64,000 bases of DNA from Macrostomum hystrix (taxonomy: Eukaryota; Animalia; Platyhelminthes). Position 1 is the stretch's first letter. Every line of letters starts with the position of its first letter. Location of the stretch: contig CATNEN010000039.1 of NCBI GenBank assembly GCA_950097015.1, positions 620,001 through 684,000 of the forward strand. Reading direction: 5' to 3'. The position numbers and the translations under genes are program-made. Under the pieces are notes generated by a model. The model was not told the origin of the DNA and did no database searches. It worked only from the letters and a program-made list of their open reading frames with translations. Below, piece by piece: positions 9,500 to 21,573 of the stretch.

Positions 9500-10312
9500 T
9501 GTCCTAGGGCTCTTACTAAATTCAATATTACTTCTTTAATAATGCCACCAAAGTTGCCGTAGGTCTAAATTAATTCTACTGCTGTTACCAAAGTTGTTAC
9601 AGGCCTTTTATACTTTTGTCAATCTTATGAATGTCTTTAATTATTCGCTTTATGTATTTCTTATCTCAATTCAAATTGGTAGCGTTTATGTATTCAAATA
9701 TGGTAGCGTTATACTTTCAATATGGTAGCGTTATACTTTCAATATGGTAGCGTTATACTTTCAGTATGGCCGGTATCTTTACTGTATATTCCCTTCTGCT
9801 TATAACTGTATTATTTCTATAAGTACTTTGTATCAATCTTTATCCGTCTTTATCAGTCTTTATCCGTCTTTATCAGTCTCTCAATTATCATTCAGTTAAC
9901 CTTCAATTCAATCTTCAGTTTAGTCTTTAATTTCAATCTTCAGTCCGTTTCATAGGGCTTTCCAGTGGATCTAGAGTTACAGCTATCTTTCACTCTTATT
10001 ACTCTCTTTCGCAATGTCTCTTCAAATAACTCTTTAACACGAACACTTTAACGATTCAAGCTTTCTTTATCAGAACGTATGTGTATACAACACGTTAACA
10101 CGTTGTCTGTCTCCCTGTTTTCTCTCGTGTATTTATAGTAAATTCTCCTACCATTCTGCGACTTCATTCAAACAATAATTATTCGGTGCATTTAAACAAA
10201 AGGTGCTTTTAAAACAAATTAGTGCATTTAAACAAAAGTTGAATTTCAAACAAAATACTAAATTTTCGCGGGAAAACGTTTCTAAGAAATATACAGTCGG
10301 TGCCCTATCTCA
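9500..10312 (-). repeat. 5' LTR (813 bp)
   Basis: Direct repeat of 1522-2334, followed on the minus strand by the PBS and gag. TATAAATA box near 10130-10137. Confidence 0.95.
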
Positions 10313-11469
10313 AAAAGACAGTGCTAATTCTTAGCCACTTAGTTTGGAAATATTGTGACTTTGTCAGGTGTTGATGGCTCCAAGGGAAGCCATTTTAACA
10401 ATAGCATGCTTGTTTAATTTAAGCCATTATTTTCTCTTTTCATTACTCGGTACCATAAGTAAATGTTAAGTATGAATTAATCTTAATTTTTGTAACGCAA
10501 CTGGACACCTGTGTACAATTTAATCAATAAATATGAGCCTGGCTGTAAAGTCAAGGTGGTCTTCCATGCCAGCCAATGAGAGTGCTGTGCATCTTTTATG
10601 TGGGGCCAAAATTAAGCTTCTTGTGTGTGCCCACCCCAGCCCACTCCTTATCTGCCCTGTCTGACTGGGGGCCAGGGGTTAGGAGGTTGTTAGAGTTGCT
10701 AGAGTTTAGTGTTTCATTGTCTCTGGACCATGCCACTGCTGCGTCGCGCCATAGTCTGCCACCATATAATCAGGCCCCTACTACCACACATTGCATTGCC
10801 ATATTATCATCATCCTTATTGTCTGCATCACCTACAAGCCTAGTACCATTGATATCATTGCTGCTTCACCACGCCTGATCTCAGGATCTAATTTATCATT
10901 GTTGCCTACCACAGTGCAAAGGAGAAATTAGAAGAGCATAATAGCTTGTAGTACAAAGCCACTAGCCAAGGCTCACCTATTTTGTTGAGTTATCACCCAT
11001 AATAACAATTGGCCAGCCGAAACTAATATATCTCTATCTATCTACTGTTCGTCATCTGTATCTATTGTCATTAAAAGTGCTACCACTACACCCAGCCTTG
11101 TCAGCCTTAACTTATTTGGCCTTGGCCATAAGACTAGAATTGTCACAATATGCACTGTGAACTAGGCTGGGTGTTTAATTTTTTCAGTCCTAGTTTTTGT
11201 TTAGGAGAAGGAAAAAAGAAAAAGTTTTGTGTGAATTGAATGGTCAGAGATATTTGGCATGAGTGGGTGCACTTTATGTTCTAATAGGGGTATGTGTTAA
11301 TCTCAGCTTACAGTGTAAATCAAAAATAAGCTATAGAAATTATAGAAAGTACTGAAAAATAACATGAACTTGATTCTATAATGTGTCTCTACAGGTTTTA
11401 ATCTTATTCCATTAGAGATGCATCTAAAAGCTGCATATAGCTGGTCATCGGCTGTGAGGATGCTAGATC

Positions 11470-11513
11470 TTAATCACCCCAGCTAACACTGGTACCATTT
11501 AACAGCTAGATGC
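11470..11513 (-). mobile_element. SINE 3' fragment (same family as 34673-34870)
   Basis: Reverse complement CATCTAGCTGTTAAATGGTACCAGTGTTAGCTGGGGTGATT matches 34811-34852. Confidence 0.55.
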
Positions 11514-11946
11514 AGAAAATATGCAGAACTAACCAACCACAATGCAGAAAACTGGTAGCAATTATTTTCTCGGTATAGCTAGAAAAAAATAAGATGTAAA
11601 TCATCAAGCCTTATGTCTTTCTTCTTTTATCTTTAGGAACTTTTATTTATGATTTTTACAAAAAAAATATACTTTATTGCTGAGAAAACAACATTAATGT
11701 TTACATGATTTGTTTGCTTATTTACTCTTCTTGATTAGTTTCTTTTAAATATTTTGTATTACAAATAATTATTAGACCATGTAAAACTAAATATAAGGAA
11801 CTATGCCTATTTTTAGCTCAGCATTCTATGCTAAGTTTCATCATATTTAGGTAGCATAAAATTGAGTTTGTTCTCAGAACACATTGTGCAGACTAAACTA
11901 AAGGTACATTCAAATTAAAAATACACCCACCTCACCTATCCCACCT

Positions 11947-12369
11947 ACATTCCTGCCCACTCATCCCACATGCATTCCTGCCCACTCATCCCAGATGCAG
12001 TCCTGCCTACTCATCCCACATGCTGTCCTGCCTACTCATCCCACATGCTGTCCTGCCTACTCATCCCACATGCATTCCTGCCTACTATTCCCACATGCTG
12101 TCCTGTCCACTCATCCCACATGCTGTCCTGCCTACTCATCCCACATGCTGTCCTGCCTACTCATCCCACATGCATTCCTGCCTACTATTCCCACATGCTG
12201 TCCTGTCCACTCATCCCACATGCTGTCCTGCCTACTCATCCCACATGCTGTCCTGCCTACTCATCCCACATGCATTCCTGCCTACTAATCCCACATGCAT
12301 TCCTGCCTACTATTCCCACATGCTGTCCTGCACAGTCATCCCACATTCAGTCCTGCCTATTTATCCCAT
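11947..12369. repeat. 25-bp minisatellite (TGCTGTCCTGCCTACTCATCCCACA), about 16 copies, intronic
   Basis: Direct tandem periodicity; ends about 35 nt before the Rieske exon 2 acceptor. Confidence 0.95.
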
Positions 12370-12404
12370 CTGAGAGTTGATGTCTGTATCCCATTCACTG
12401 CCAG

Positions 12405-13325
12405 GTGGGCAACAGGTGCGCTACGCGCACACGGACGTGTGCAAGTACCCCAACTTCGATTACTACCGGCGCGAGGCCACACGTGACCCAACCAAACGTC
12501 AATCGGAGACGGAGGTCGACCGCAAGATGGTCAGCTACCTGGTGGTGGGCGTCGGCCTCTCCGTGTTCGCAGTGGGAGCCAAGCAGCTGGTGCGGGCCAC
12601 AGTGAACTTCCTGAACCCCAGTAAGGCGGTGCTGGCCGTGTCTAAGCTGGAGGTGGACCTTGCCAGCATCCCTGAGGGCAAGAACGCTGTGTTTAAGTGG
12701 CGCGAGAAGCCGCTGTTCATCCGCCACCGGACTGACGCCGAGGTTGAGTCTGTGGCCAACGTGGCGCTGGAGGAGCTGCGGGATCCCCAGACGGACCAGG
12801 ATCGTGTGCAGGTGACTGGCCACCTCAACTTAGTTGGGCTGGGCTGCTCAGTCAGCGCCAGTGCTGCGATTTATCTAGCGAAGTCTGTGTCTCCACAGTT
12901 TACCCAGTTCACAAGCAGGCGGGATGTCGAGTCAAGTTTAAGCTGAATAAAAAATCAGCTTTGTCTCATATTGTAGCAATTGAATCCATGCGCAGCGTCT
13001 GAAAAGCCATTTATGCACACCCTCTACGTTTCGAGCTGATTTATTCAAGTAATTCAGAGCGCTTGCTCAGTTACTGTCAGTAGTATCTAACATAGGATAT
13101 TTGCTTCACTGTCTGCAGGATCCGAAGTTCCTAGTTCTGCTGGGCATCTGCACCCACCTGGGCTGCGTGCCCATCTCACACGCTGGCGAGTTTGGCGGCT
13201 ACTACTGCCCCTGCCATGGCTCGCACTACGATGCCAGCGGCCGCATCAGAAAGGGCCCGGCCCCCCTCAATCTGGAGGTGCCGCCGTACAGTATCAGCGA
13301 CAGCGGCGTCCTGGTGGTGGGCTGA
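12405..13325 (+). CDS. UQCRFS1: Rieske iron-sulfur protein, exons 2 (12405-12811) and 3 (13119-13325)
   Basis: RYAHTD...PNFDYYR, transmembrane helix, [12 protein letters not shown], and Rieske boxes CTHLGC and [11 protein letters not shown] followed by [10 protein letters not shown]. Phase-0 GT-AG intron at 12812-13118. Confidence 0.97.
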
Positions 13326-15628
13326 GGTCGCATAAATCCGGCCACCAGAGACAATAGACTGAAATTGCTTGGAGTCTGTAGAAACAGATAATTTCCCGAC
13401 TTTTACCCTACCTGAATTGAGAGTTGTGAGCAAGCACACTGTGTGGTATGTTTTTAATCTATTGGTCTCCCAGCCAAGCCCTGCTGACATCTAGGCTGCT
13501 CGAATCTGCCGCCATGGATCTGCTCTTCTTTTCCAGACAGTTTTTCTTATACGTTTGTCTTACGTAGCTAGCAGTGGCCCTTGCTCAGCGCGCCGCAGTT
13601 CCGTATTGCTGGCACGTTCTAGCCTGCGGGTACCTCTGCTGACAACCCTCCCTGTCCACTATTAGTTGCAGATTATCTAAGCGCTTAAAAATTATTAAAT
13701 TCTTAGCTATTGATAGTTAGTAATGCTGTTGCAGGTAATAATAAGCTCACAGGCCTGACTAACAACTTGGCTGTTTTCCATCCTATGTGAACTATTCGAG
13801 TTCGTTTAGCATATATTAAACAAAACGGCTTTTGCGTTGTCGTTACTCCCCTTTATTTTATATTCCTACTGAAATGCACCCAGGACAGGCCAGCACTTGA
13901 CACGAGATGCTGTTCCTCCTTTGCGCAATTCGCTATATAGCGCTTCAGCTTGCTAGTAGGTAGCCTTTTCCTTGACTTGAGAGGAATCTGTGCCAAGCAC
14001 TGCCACACCAAGTCACGCTTGGCCTCCTAAGGCAAGACGCAGCGCAGCCTTTCGCTGCCCAGACCGCGAGTTTCAGGTGGGCTGGCAACGTTCTGCCACC
14101 TTCGCACCTGACTGATGCGGCTGGCCGGGCAATCTGCAACGCACCAGCGGCATTAATTGCCTGGCGTTCGTTCCGATGGGAGATGATAAGAACTCATTGA
14201 CTCTCCGCAAGCCGGAATTCCTGCCCAGCGATTTCAGCGTTCCGTCAACAAAAGCTTACCTCCTGCACGCGACACTATTTATCAAAGCGCTCAGAAAACC
14301 TTTAGGGTCCATCGCATTTTGTTATGGAAGTATCACTCGCGCATAGTTGAGGCTCAAGCCAAATAGACGCCTTCATTAGCCGCCAGCTTGCAGTGCAAGC
14401 CACATGGGATAAATTTGATTTGATGAGCTGCCCTTGCTGGAGCCAGGCACTCGGCACTGCAGATGAGGGAGCGGTTTGTCTCAGGCCCACTAATTATTGA
14501 GCGCAAGCTGCAGGCGGGACTTGACATCTGGCCTCTGCCCTGGACGATGGTTCTGTGATCAGCGAATCTTCTCGGGGTTTTTACAAGAGGAGTGACTGGA
14601 CGCACTCTCCGGTGTGAATCAAAAGTCCACAGTCCAGAGACATTTGATTTGGAAGATATTCTGAGAAGTTTATATTTAGAGTCGAATTCTGGTGTTGAGC
14701 TTGGGTTTCTTGTGCGGTGCACCCTGCTATGCTCAGAGTTGTGAATCCAGAATGCTGTGAAAATCCATTTTCTTTCAGTCAGCTTTGCGGGCGGACCTCC
14801 CCGCCCCGGCTTCGTGGAAGGCCGCTAAAATTTCCAGAACCCTGCGAAGTTCATTACCTTGCATTATTGTGCTCACCGCAACTCTTGTGGCCTCAAAATA
14901 AAAAAATAATAAAAGGCCACTCGATCGGGAGTTCTCGGCTTCCTCTGTAGCGGGAAATTGGCGGGATGAAGGGGATAAAACTTCAAATTAGTCACCGCCG
15001 TTCCAGCGTGCTGACATTTGCAGTGCTGAGACTGCAGGACGGCCGCGTTTTGATTAAATTGGGAACCGCTCAAACCGCGCAGCAAAAGTTATCTCGGCTC
15101 CGATAATGGATTGGGCTGTGCGAGGTCAGGCTCCCGTTACTGTGACGTTTTTGCTTATCTACCGGAAAATTATTCTCATTTCTCCAGTGCTCAGACACTC
15201 TCTGAGTGTCTTTCGCTGATATTTCTTCATTTTTATGAAAAATCCTCCGCGAAGGATAAGAATCCGCCTGTGCGAGCTGTGGGTGAGGCCCGCCTCCCCG
15301 ATTCTGCCCAACCCAGTGCCCAGCCATTCGCTGTCTCAGCGCAGCGGTGGGCATTATAGTAAGGAGAAACGGCGCCTCTGCTGCCGTCACTGCAATCCCG
15401 CGCTTCTTCACTTGCTGAATGACTGACAGCCAGCAGCTCTTGATATTTGTGCTAGCAGCTCCGAGAGCTCACTTTTTAAGCAGGCTGGCGAAACCAGGAG
15501 TGCGCCAGAATAGGGACAAAGACTTAACAAAAGTAATGTGCACGCAAAAGTTATAACGCTGCTGCTGCAGGCAAACTGTTAACAGTGGACCGGTGCGTAC
15601 AGGCGATCTGAGGCATCTGCAGAGCGTC

Positions 15629-18600
15629 ATGTTCACCACCATTAATGCCAGCCGGCGTGAGTCGGACTTGCCAGTGCGCCGCGAGCGGGTGCCGTTTCGT
15701 AGCGCGAACCGACCGCTGGCTGGGCTTCGCGAGGCGTACGGTCAGCCGTTCACCAGCAACCGCTACGCCACCCCGGCGACGCGAACGAAGACTTCCAAGT
15801 CTCAGAAGCGCAAAAACCTACGGCGCTTGAGGCGAAAGAAGCGCATCAAGGAGACTATGAACTGCTGCAAGCATTTCCTGGCCTTCATGTTCTCAAACCT
15901 CGGCCTGTCCAGCATCATTATCGCGTACACTGTGCTTGGGGGCGTGCTTTTCCAGAGCCTCGAGTATCAGAAGGAGATCAGCACCCGACAGGAAGTCCAA
16001 AAGTACTTTAATGAAACAGTCACAAACGTCACGGGCGAGATCGAAGAGAGTATTCAGCTGCACTGTCAGAGCCTCGCGCAGCAGCTCGCAAACTCCAGCG
16101 ACGCCAGCAGGCGACTTCTGGACAGCTTCTGCCAGCGCCTGGAAGTTAAGTCACTGGCCAACCCGCGGCTCGAATCTCATCTGAGGGAGTACAATAGGAG
16201 GTTGGTCATCTTCATCAATATCGACGGCTGGAATGGTCGGTTCGACGATGAAGTCAACTGGAGCTTTTCTGGGGCGCTGCTGTACGTAGTGACTGTCATC
16301 ACCACAATCGGTGAGGCTGCTGAGTGGGTGGCTGATGAAAAAAATAGCTAAGTAAAATAGAAACTGCGTGAACGTTCTGCTAACAACCATGACAAAGAAT
16401 AAGGGCTGCTGATGTGAGTGACTCGACCACGATTTAAATCTGTCAGGCAGGCTTATTTAAAGGCTTCAACAACAATGCTAGCCAGTTTTTAATTGACAAA
16501 TGACTAACACCAATGTCGAGTTCGAGTCGCATATAACATATTAGCTAAAGGGCAATATTCTTGGAGTTGGCCCACAGTAAGACCGAATAAGCCACAACCA
16601 GCTTCAGTATATTCTATTCTGTTCTATTCATACTATTCTATTCTATTCTTCCTACCTCCCCAGAGATGCTCCGGTTAATTTCACTTGAATTCTACACATC
16701 AATGTGAATTCCCTATTTGGGCAATATATTCTTAGCAATACAGTGGGTGGTAACGAACTGCAATGTCCTGGCCTAATTGAGGAACCACACTTGAGCGGAT
16801 CGCACGAGAATCGCGTTGCCGGCGTCAGTACACGCAAAATCCCAAGCTCTGAGCACTGGGCGGAACCCAGAGCTTCCTGAAGAGCTTCCGCACTGCCCAG
16901 CTCGCTGAAGGCTCGGCTGTGAGCCTGGGACTTGGAATTCAATTAAATTTTTCAACTGTCCCGGCTTCTGCTGGATGGCGCGGGGCCAATTAGCATGCTA
17001 ATGACTCGGCTGCGCGAATGAGGAAATCCAATTCCACTCGCTGTTCTGGCAAGTGCGGGCTGCAGGCACACCTTTGCCGGCACAGCTAGGCATGCTTTCA
17101 GCTGCAAGCCGCCTGCACTCTCGCAGCACTGTACAGATGCGCTGCTGCGTCTGATTGCAGTGGCCGTGTTGGTGCTGACAGTCGGGTTTCATGTACATTA
17201 TGCGGGGATGGATGAGCTGCTAATGCGCAGAGCTATCTTATTGTGTTTTACTTCACTGACATCTGTCTGCAGCTTAAGCTCCTCGAGGAACTCAACAATG
17301 CTCCTTCTGCCCAAAAATCCTATGCACTGTGAGCAGGTATAGAGGTCAGAGATTTTATCCCATTTCATTATCAAATCAGAGACCCTTTTTATCTTCAGAA
17401 ATCATAGACGATGAAATGTCATCACAGGCAAGAACTCGCAGCTTAATTGGGATATTATATTCCTGTACACATGCTGTAAAAAACAAAGTTCTTTTTATTA
17501 TCTATAGCTTGCTTGAGTCCTAAAGTCACCTTCAATCGCTCAAAGTCAACCTGGGCTCGCACTTATCTCTCCTCGCATTCAGGCTACGGCCAGGTGGTGC
17601 CGAAGACGCACAAAGGCTACCTGCTCACCATGCTATATGCCTTCTTCGGAATACCCTTGGTTTTCCTCTACCTGAACAATGTCGGCGACTATTTGGCAGA
17701 CGCTTTCCGCCTGCTCTACCGGGACGCCTTCCGGCCAGCGTGGCGCCGCATCTTCCGGCGGCGCACACGGGAACGGGCCCGCGCTCTCGTTGCCCGCTGC
17801 CGACACCTTGCGACAGTGCCAGTCACGGTCGCTGCCGCCCGTCTGTCCCACCTGTGCGAGCGGCTCTGCCGCGCCTGCGCCGCCGAAGTTGTCGGGCCAG
17901 AAGATGAGGAGGAGGACGATAGCGAGGAGATGCTCGTGTTAGATGAGTCTGCCGCCGTACAGGTTGTGGTCACAGGCCCGCCTCGGCCACCGTCACCTCC
18001 GCCACCACCATTGTCACAGCTTCCGCCACCCCTGGCTCTTGCCAAGTCTCGAGGCGCCACCCTGCCACCCTTCATGAGCAGCAACGCCTCTATACGCGTG
18101 GCCTACGTCATGGCCCGCGTGCTGCCCGCCCGGCCTGCGCCACCAACGCTGGATCTGACCGGGATTCCGTACCACTCTGATCCCACGCGCTTCACCAACG
18201 GCACGCAGCGCCGATGCCAACGAGACTTCGAAGACGACACAGGAACCGGAGACCGAGCTGAAAGCCTGCTGGCCCAGGTGCAAACGCCAATTTCACAGAG
18301 GCCAATACGCGATTGGACCAGCGAAGAGCTCCAGCGGGTACCGCTCATCGGCTGGTCGGATATCGACGGAGAACTAATGGAGGCTGCAGCAGCAGCTGCT
18401 GCGGTAGCCGCCAAAGTTTCCGCGGCCGCACGAGAGGTGGATGTGTTCGGCGGTGAGGAAGAGTTTGTAGCAGAAGGCGGGCTCGAGTCTGATGATCGGC
18501 CCGACCGGCTTCGGAAGAGCTCCTCCGTGCCGGCCACCCTGGCTGCCACGTCTGCAGTAGCCTCCACCCGCCTGCGCTCACTGGGCGAATCCTCCGGCTA

Positions 18601-19401
18601 TGAATCGGCTGCCATGCCACCCTCGCGGGTTCGCCACTCGGAGCCGGCGCAGCTGAGCGGCCGTCGATGTCCTCGAGCGCTGCCGGCCGCTTCGCCAGAG
18701 TGGCTCGAGTTCCTTCGCCAGCGCCAGGAGTCGAACCCCATGCTGCGCCGCTGCAGCTACGTGAGCGTTCACGAGCCATCCACCGTGTCCACAAGCTCTC
18801 AGCAGGACGAAGACGAGGACGACAAAGACTCAATGCAGGGCCTGTCTCTGCGTCAGGTGACTGTGCCGCTGTCCCTGTCCGTGTCAGTAATGATCCTCTA
18901 CATCATTTTCGGCGCGCTTATCTTCACTATCTGGGAGGACAAGGACTACGTGAAATGGTCTTACTTCTGCTTCATCACCCTCAGCACCATCGGCTTTGGC
19001 GACATCGTGCCCGGTGAGTCCAGTTGAAGTAGAGCTTAGGATGTGAAGGCAGCAGGGGCAGTACTTTTTTTTCCTAATTCTCCACTGCAGGCACCAAGGT
19101 GGACAGCGAGAACCCAAAGGAGAAGCTCATAGCTACCATATTCTACGTGGCCATCGGGCTGTCCGTGTTTGCCATGTGCTTCAAGCTCATGCAGGAGGAG
19201 GTGCTGCAGAAAGTGCGCCGCTTGGGCCGCCGCATGGCCGCCATCCGGGATCGCCTGACCAACGGCAGGGGCTCCGACAGCGGCTCCGCTGAAGGTGAAG
19301 GCGGCGTCAGTGGCGTTGGCCGGCTGAAGTTCACGAGGTCGCTGCGAGGCATGAACGGCCTTTGGGAGCGGCTCAGACCCAGATCGAGCGTGTCACTGTG
19401 A
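15629..19401 (+). CDS. Two-pore-domain K+ channel (KCNK18/TWK-like); exons 15629-16310, 17583-19013, 19091-19401; about 807 aa
   Basis: Pore loops TVITTIG|YG and ITLSTIGFGDIVPG, four transmembrane helices, a very long M2-M3 loop, and frame-consistent phase-1 introns. Confidence 0.93.
16608..16648. repeat. (CTATT)n microsatellite
   Basis: Short pentanucleotide run in K+ channel intron 1. Confidence 0.7.
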
Positions 19402-19819
19402 ATTCCCATTTCCCATAGACTAGCAGCTGCGTGCGGCTACAGCAGTCGGGATGAATTCCCATTTCCAATAGACTAACAGATGCGCTCTTCAATGTGCTTC
19501 GAAGAGCTCGTCAAATTCACGTTTTATTGCAACAACTTTTTAATTGCTACCGATTGCTACAACCAGTTTTATGTTATTTGAAACTACCTGTTTGCTGCTG
19601 CATGCTATTTGAAACTACGATTTTAGCGTCCTGTTTGCAGCCTCCTGTTTGCTGTCATTAGCAGCCTCCTGTTTGTTGTAATTGGCAGCAATGTGATCTG
19701 CTGTGATCTGCAGCAGCTTATAACCTGCGCCGCAAAGGCTGGTCCATGCCATAAACTATTCAGCTTGTTTAGCTTAGCTTCTAGGCCAATTCGCTTAGCA
19801 ACACATTAGGACAGCCAGT

Positions 19820-20092
19820 ATGAGACTCTGAATCCCGTCTATCTTGTGAGACTCTGAATCCCGTCTATTTTGTGAGACTCTGAATCCCGTCTATTTTGTG
19901 AGACTCTGAATCCCGTCTATCTTGTGAGACTCTGAATCCCGTCTATCTTGTGAGACTCTGAATCCCGTCTATCTTGTGAGACTCTGAATCCCGTCTATCT
20001 TGTGAGACTCTGAATCCCGTCTATCTTGTGAGACTCTGAATCCCGTCTATCTTGTGAGACTCTGAATCCCGTCTATCTTGTGAGATTCTGAA
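19820..20092. repeat. 26-bp minisatellite (TGTGAGACTCTGAATCCCGTCTATCT), about 10 copies
   Basis: Tandem periodicity. Confidence 0.95.
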
Positions 20093-20354
20093 TGCGTCCA
20101 ACCGGCACAGTGATACCCTCGGCATCCACGAGTAACAGATTATCAACCAGTTCACCATGCCCGAATCTTTTTCGCAAATATTAATGTTGCTAGGCAAATG
20201 TTACTTTCAAATGCGAGAGACTAGCTCGAAAGAACATGTTAAAAGCATATTTTAATAGGAATTCGTCATTACCTAAGAATTAGATGCTGCCTTGGTTGAT
20301 TGGGAGGTCTTTGAGTAACTTAGGGAGTTTCTGGGTCATTAGAGGATTTGATCG

Positions 20355-21193
20355 ATGAGATGAGGGGTTGCTGGGTGAGATGAGGGGTTGCTGGGTGAGA
20401 TGAGGGATTGCTGGGTGAGATGAGAAGTTGCTGGGTGAGATGAAGGATTGCTGGGTGAGATGAGGGGTTGCTGGGTTAGATGAGGGGTTGCTGGTTGAGA
20501 TAAGGGGTTGCTGGGTGAGATAAGGGGTTGCTGTGTGAGATGAGGGATTGCTGGGTGAGATGAGGGATTGCTGGGTGAGATGAGGGATTGCTGGGTGAGA
20601 TGAGGGGTTGCTGGGTGAGATGAGGGATTGCTGGGTGAGATGAGGGGTTGCTGGGTGAGATGAGGGATTGCTGGGTGAGATGAGGGATTGCTGGGTGAGA
20701 TGAGGGATTGCTGGGTGAGATGAGGGGTTGCTGGGTGAGATGAGGGATTGCTGGGTGAGATGAGGGGTTGCTGGGTGAGATGAGGGATTGCTGGGTGAGA
20801 TAAGGGGTTGCTGGGTGAGATGAGGGGTTGCTGGGTGAGATAAGGGGGTTACTGGGTGAGATGAGGGATTGCTGGGTGAGATGAGGGATTGCTGGGTGAG
20901 ATGAGGGATTGCTGGGTGAGATGAGGGATTGCTGGGTGAGATGAGGGGTTGCTGGGTGAGATGAGGGATTGCTGGGTGAGATGAGGGGTTCTGGTTGAGA
21001 TGAGGGGTTGCTGGGTGAGATGAGGGATTGGTGGGTGAGATGAGGGGTTGCTGGGTGAGATGAGAGGTTGCTGGGTGAGATGAGAGGTTGCTGGGTGAGA
21101 TGAGAGGTTGCTGGGTGAGATGAGGGGTTGCTAGGTGAGATGATGGATTGCTGGGTGACATGAGGGGTTGCTGGTTGAGATGAGGGGTTGCTG
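20355..21193. repeat. 20-bp G-rich minisatellite (GATGAGGGRTTGCTGGGTGA), about 42 copies
   Basis: Tandem periodicity, lying between two convergent genes. Confidence 0.95.
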
Positions 21194-21573
21194 TTGACAT
21201 TTGTCAGCATTTGCTTGTTCAGGACACATCTAGGCTATAAAATTTTTCACTTTCACTCAGGCCTTTGGACTGCGCGCGAAGGTTTTTACTTGGAAAAATG
21301 GATGTCTCTGCAGATCAGGCTCTGTTGCGCAGATGAGAAATTTTTGTACAACGCATGCTAAAGGTCCTGAATAAAATGTCTCCGCCAGTTCTATTAGATT
21401 ACAATGCATGGCCTATCATTTCAATTAATTTAATTATTAATTACTGAAGCCTTACGAGCTAACAAAGGAATAATTATAGCTTAGCAACAGCTTAATCAGA
21501 GCATGCCACAACCGAAGTACAGTCAATTATGACCCTGCTCAGGGTGCGCACTGACTCCAGCCAGTCCTGGCGG

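Larger units (their letters stand above)
1522..10312 (-). mobile_element. Full-length Ty3/Gypsy LTR retrotransposon in Rieske intron 1, antisense to the host gene
   Basis: Two 813-bp direct repeats with TG...CA ends, 4-bp AAAA target-site duplication (1518-1521 and 10313-10316), PBS, PPT, gag, pol in PR-RT-RH-IN order, and an extra ORF. Confidence 0.97.

Noticed and set aside
10576-10878. 100-aa ORF next to the 5' LTR
   Set aside because: No motifs; CpG-depleted intronic sequence, possibly an old repeat I cannot identify.
13945-15426. Short overlapping ORFs upstream of the K+ channel
   Set aside because: No homology or coding signature; probably regulatory or UTR DNA.
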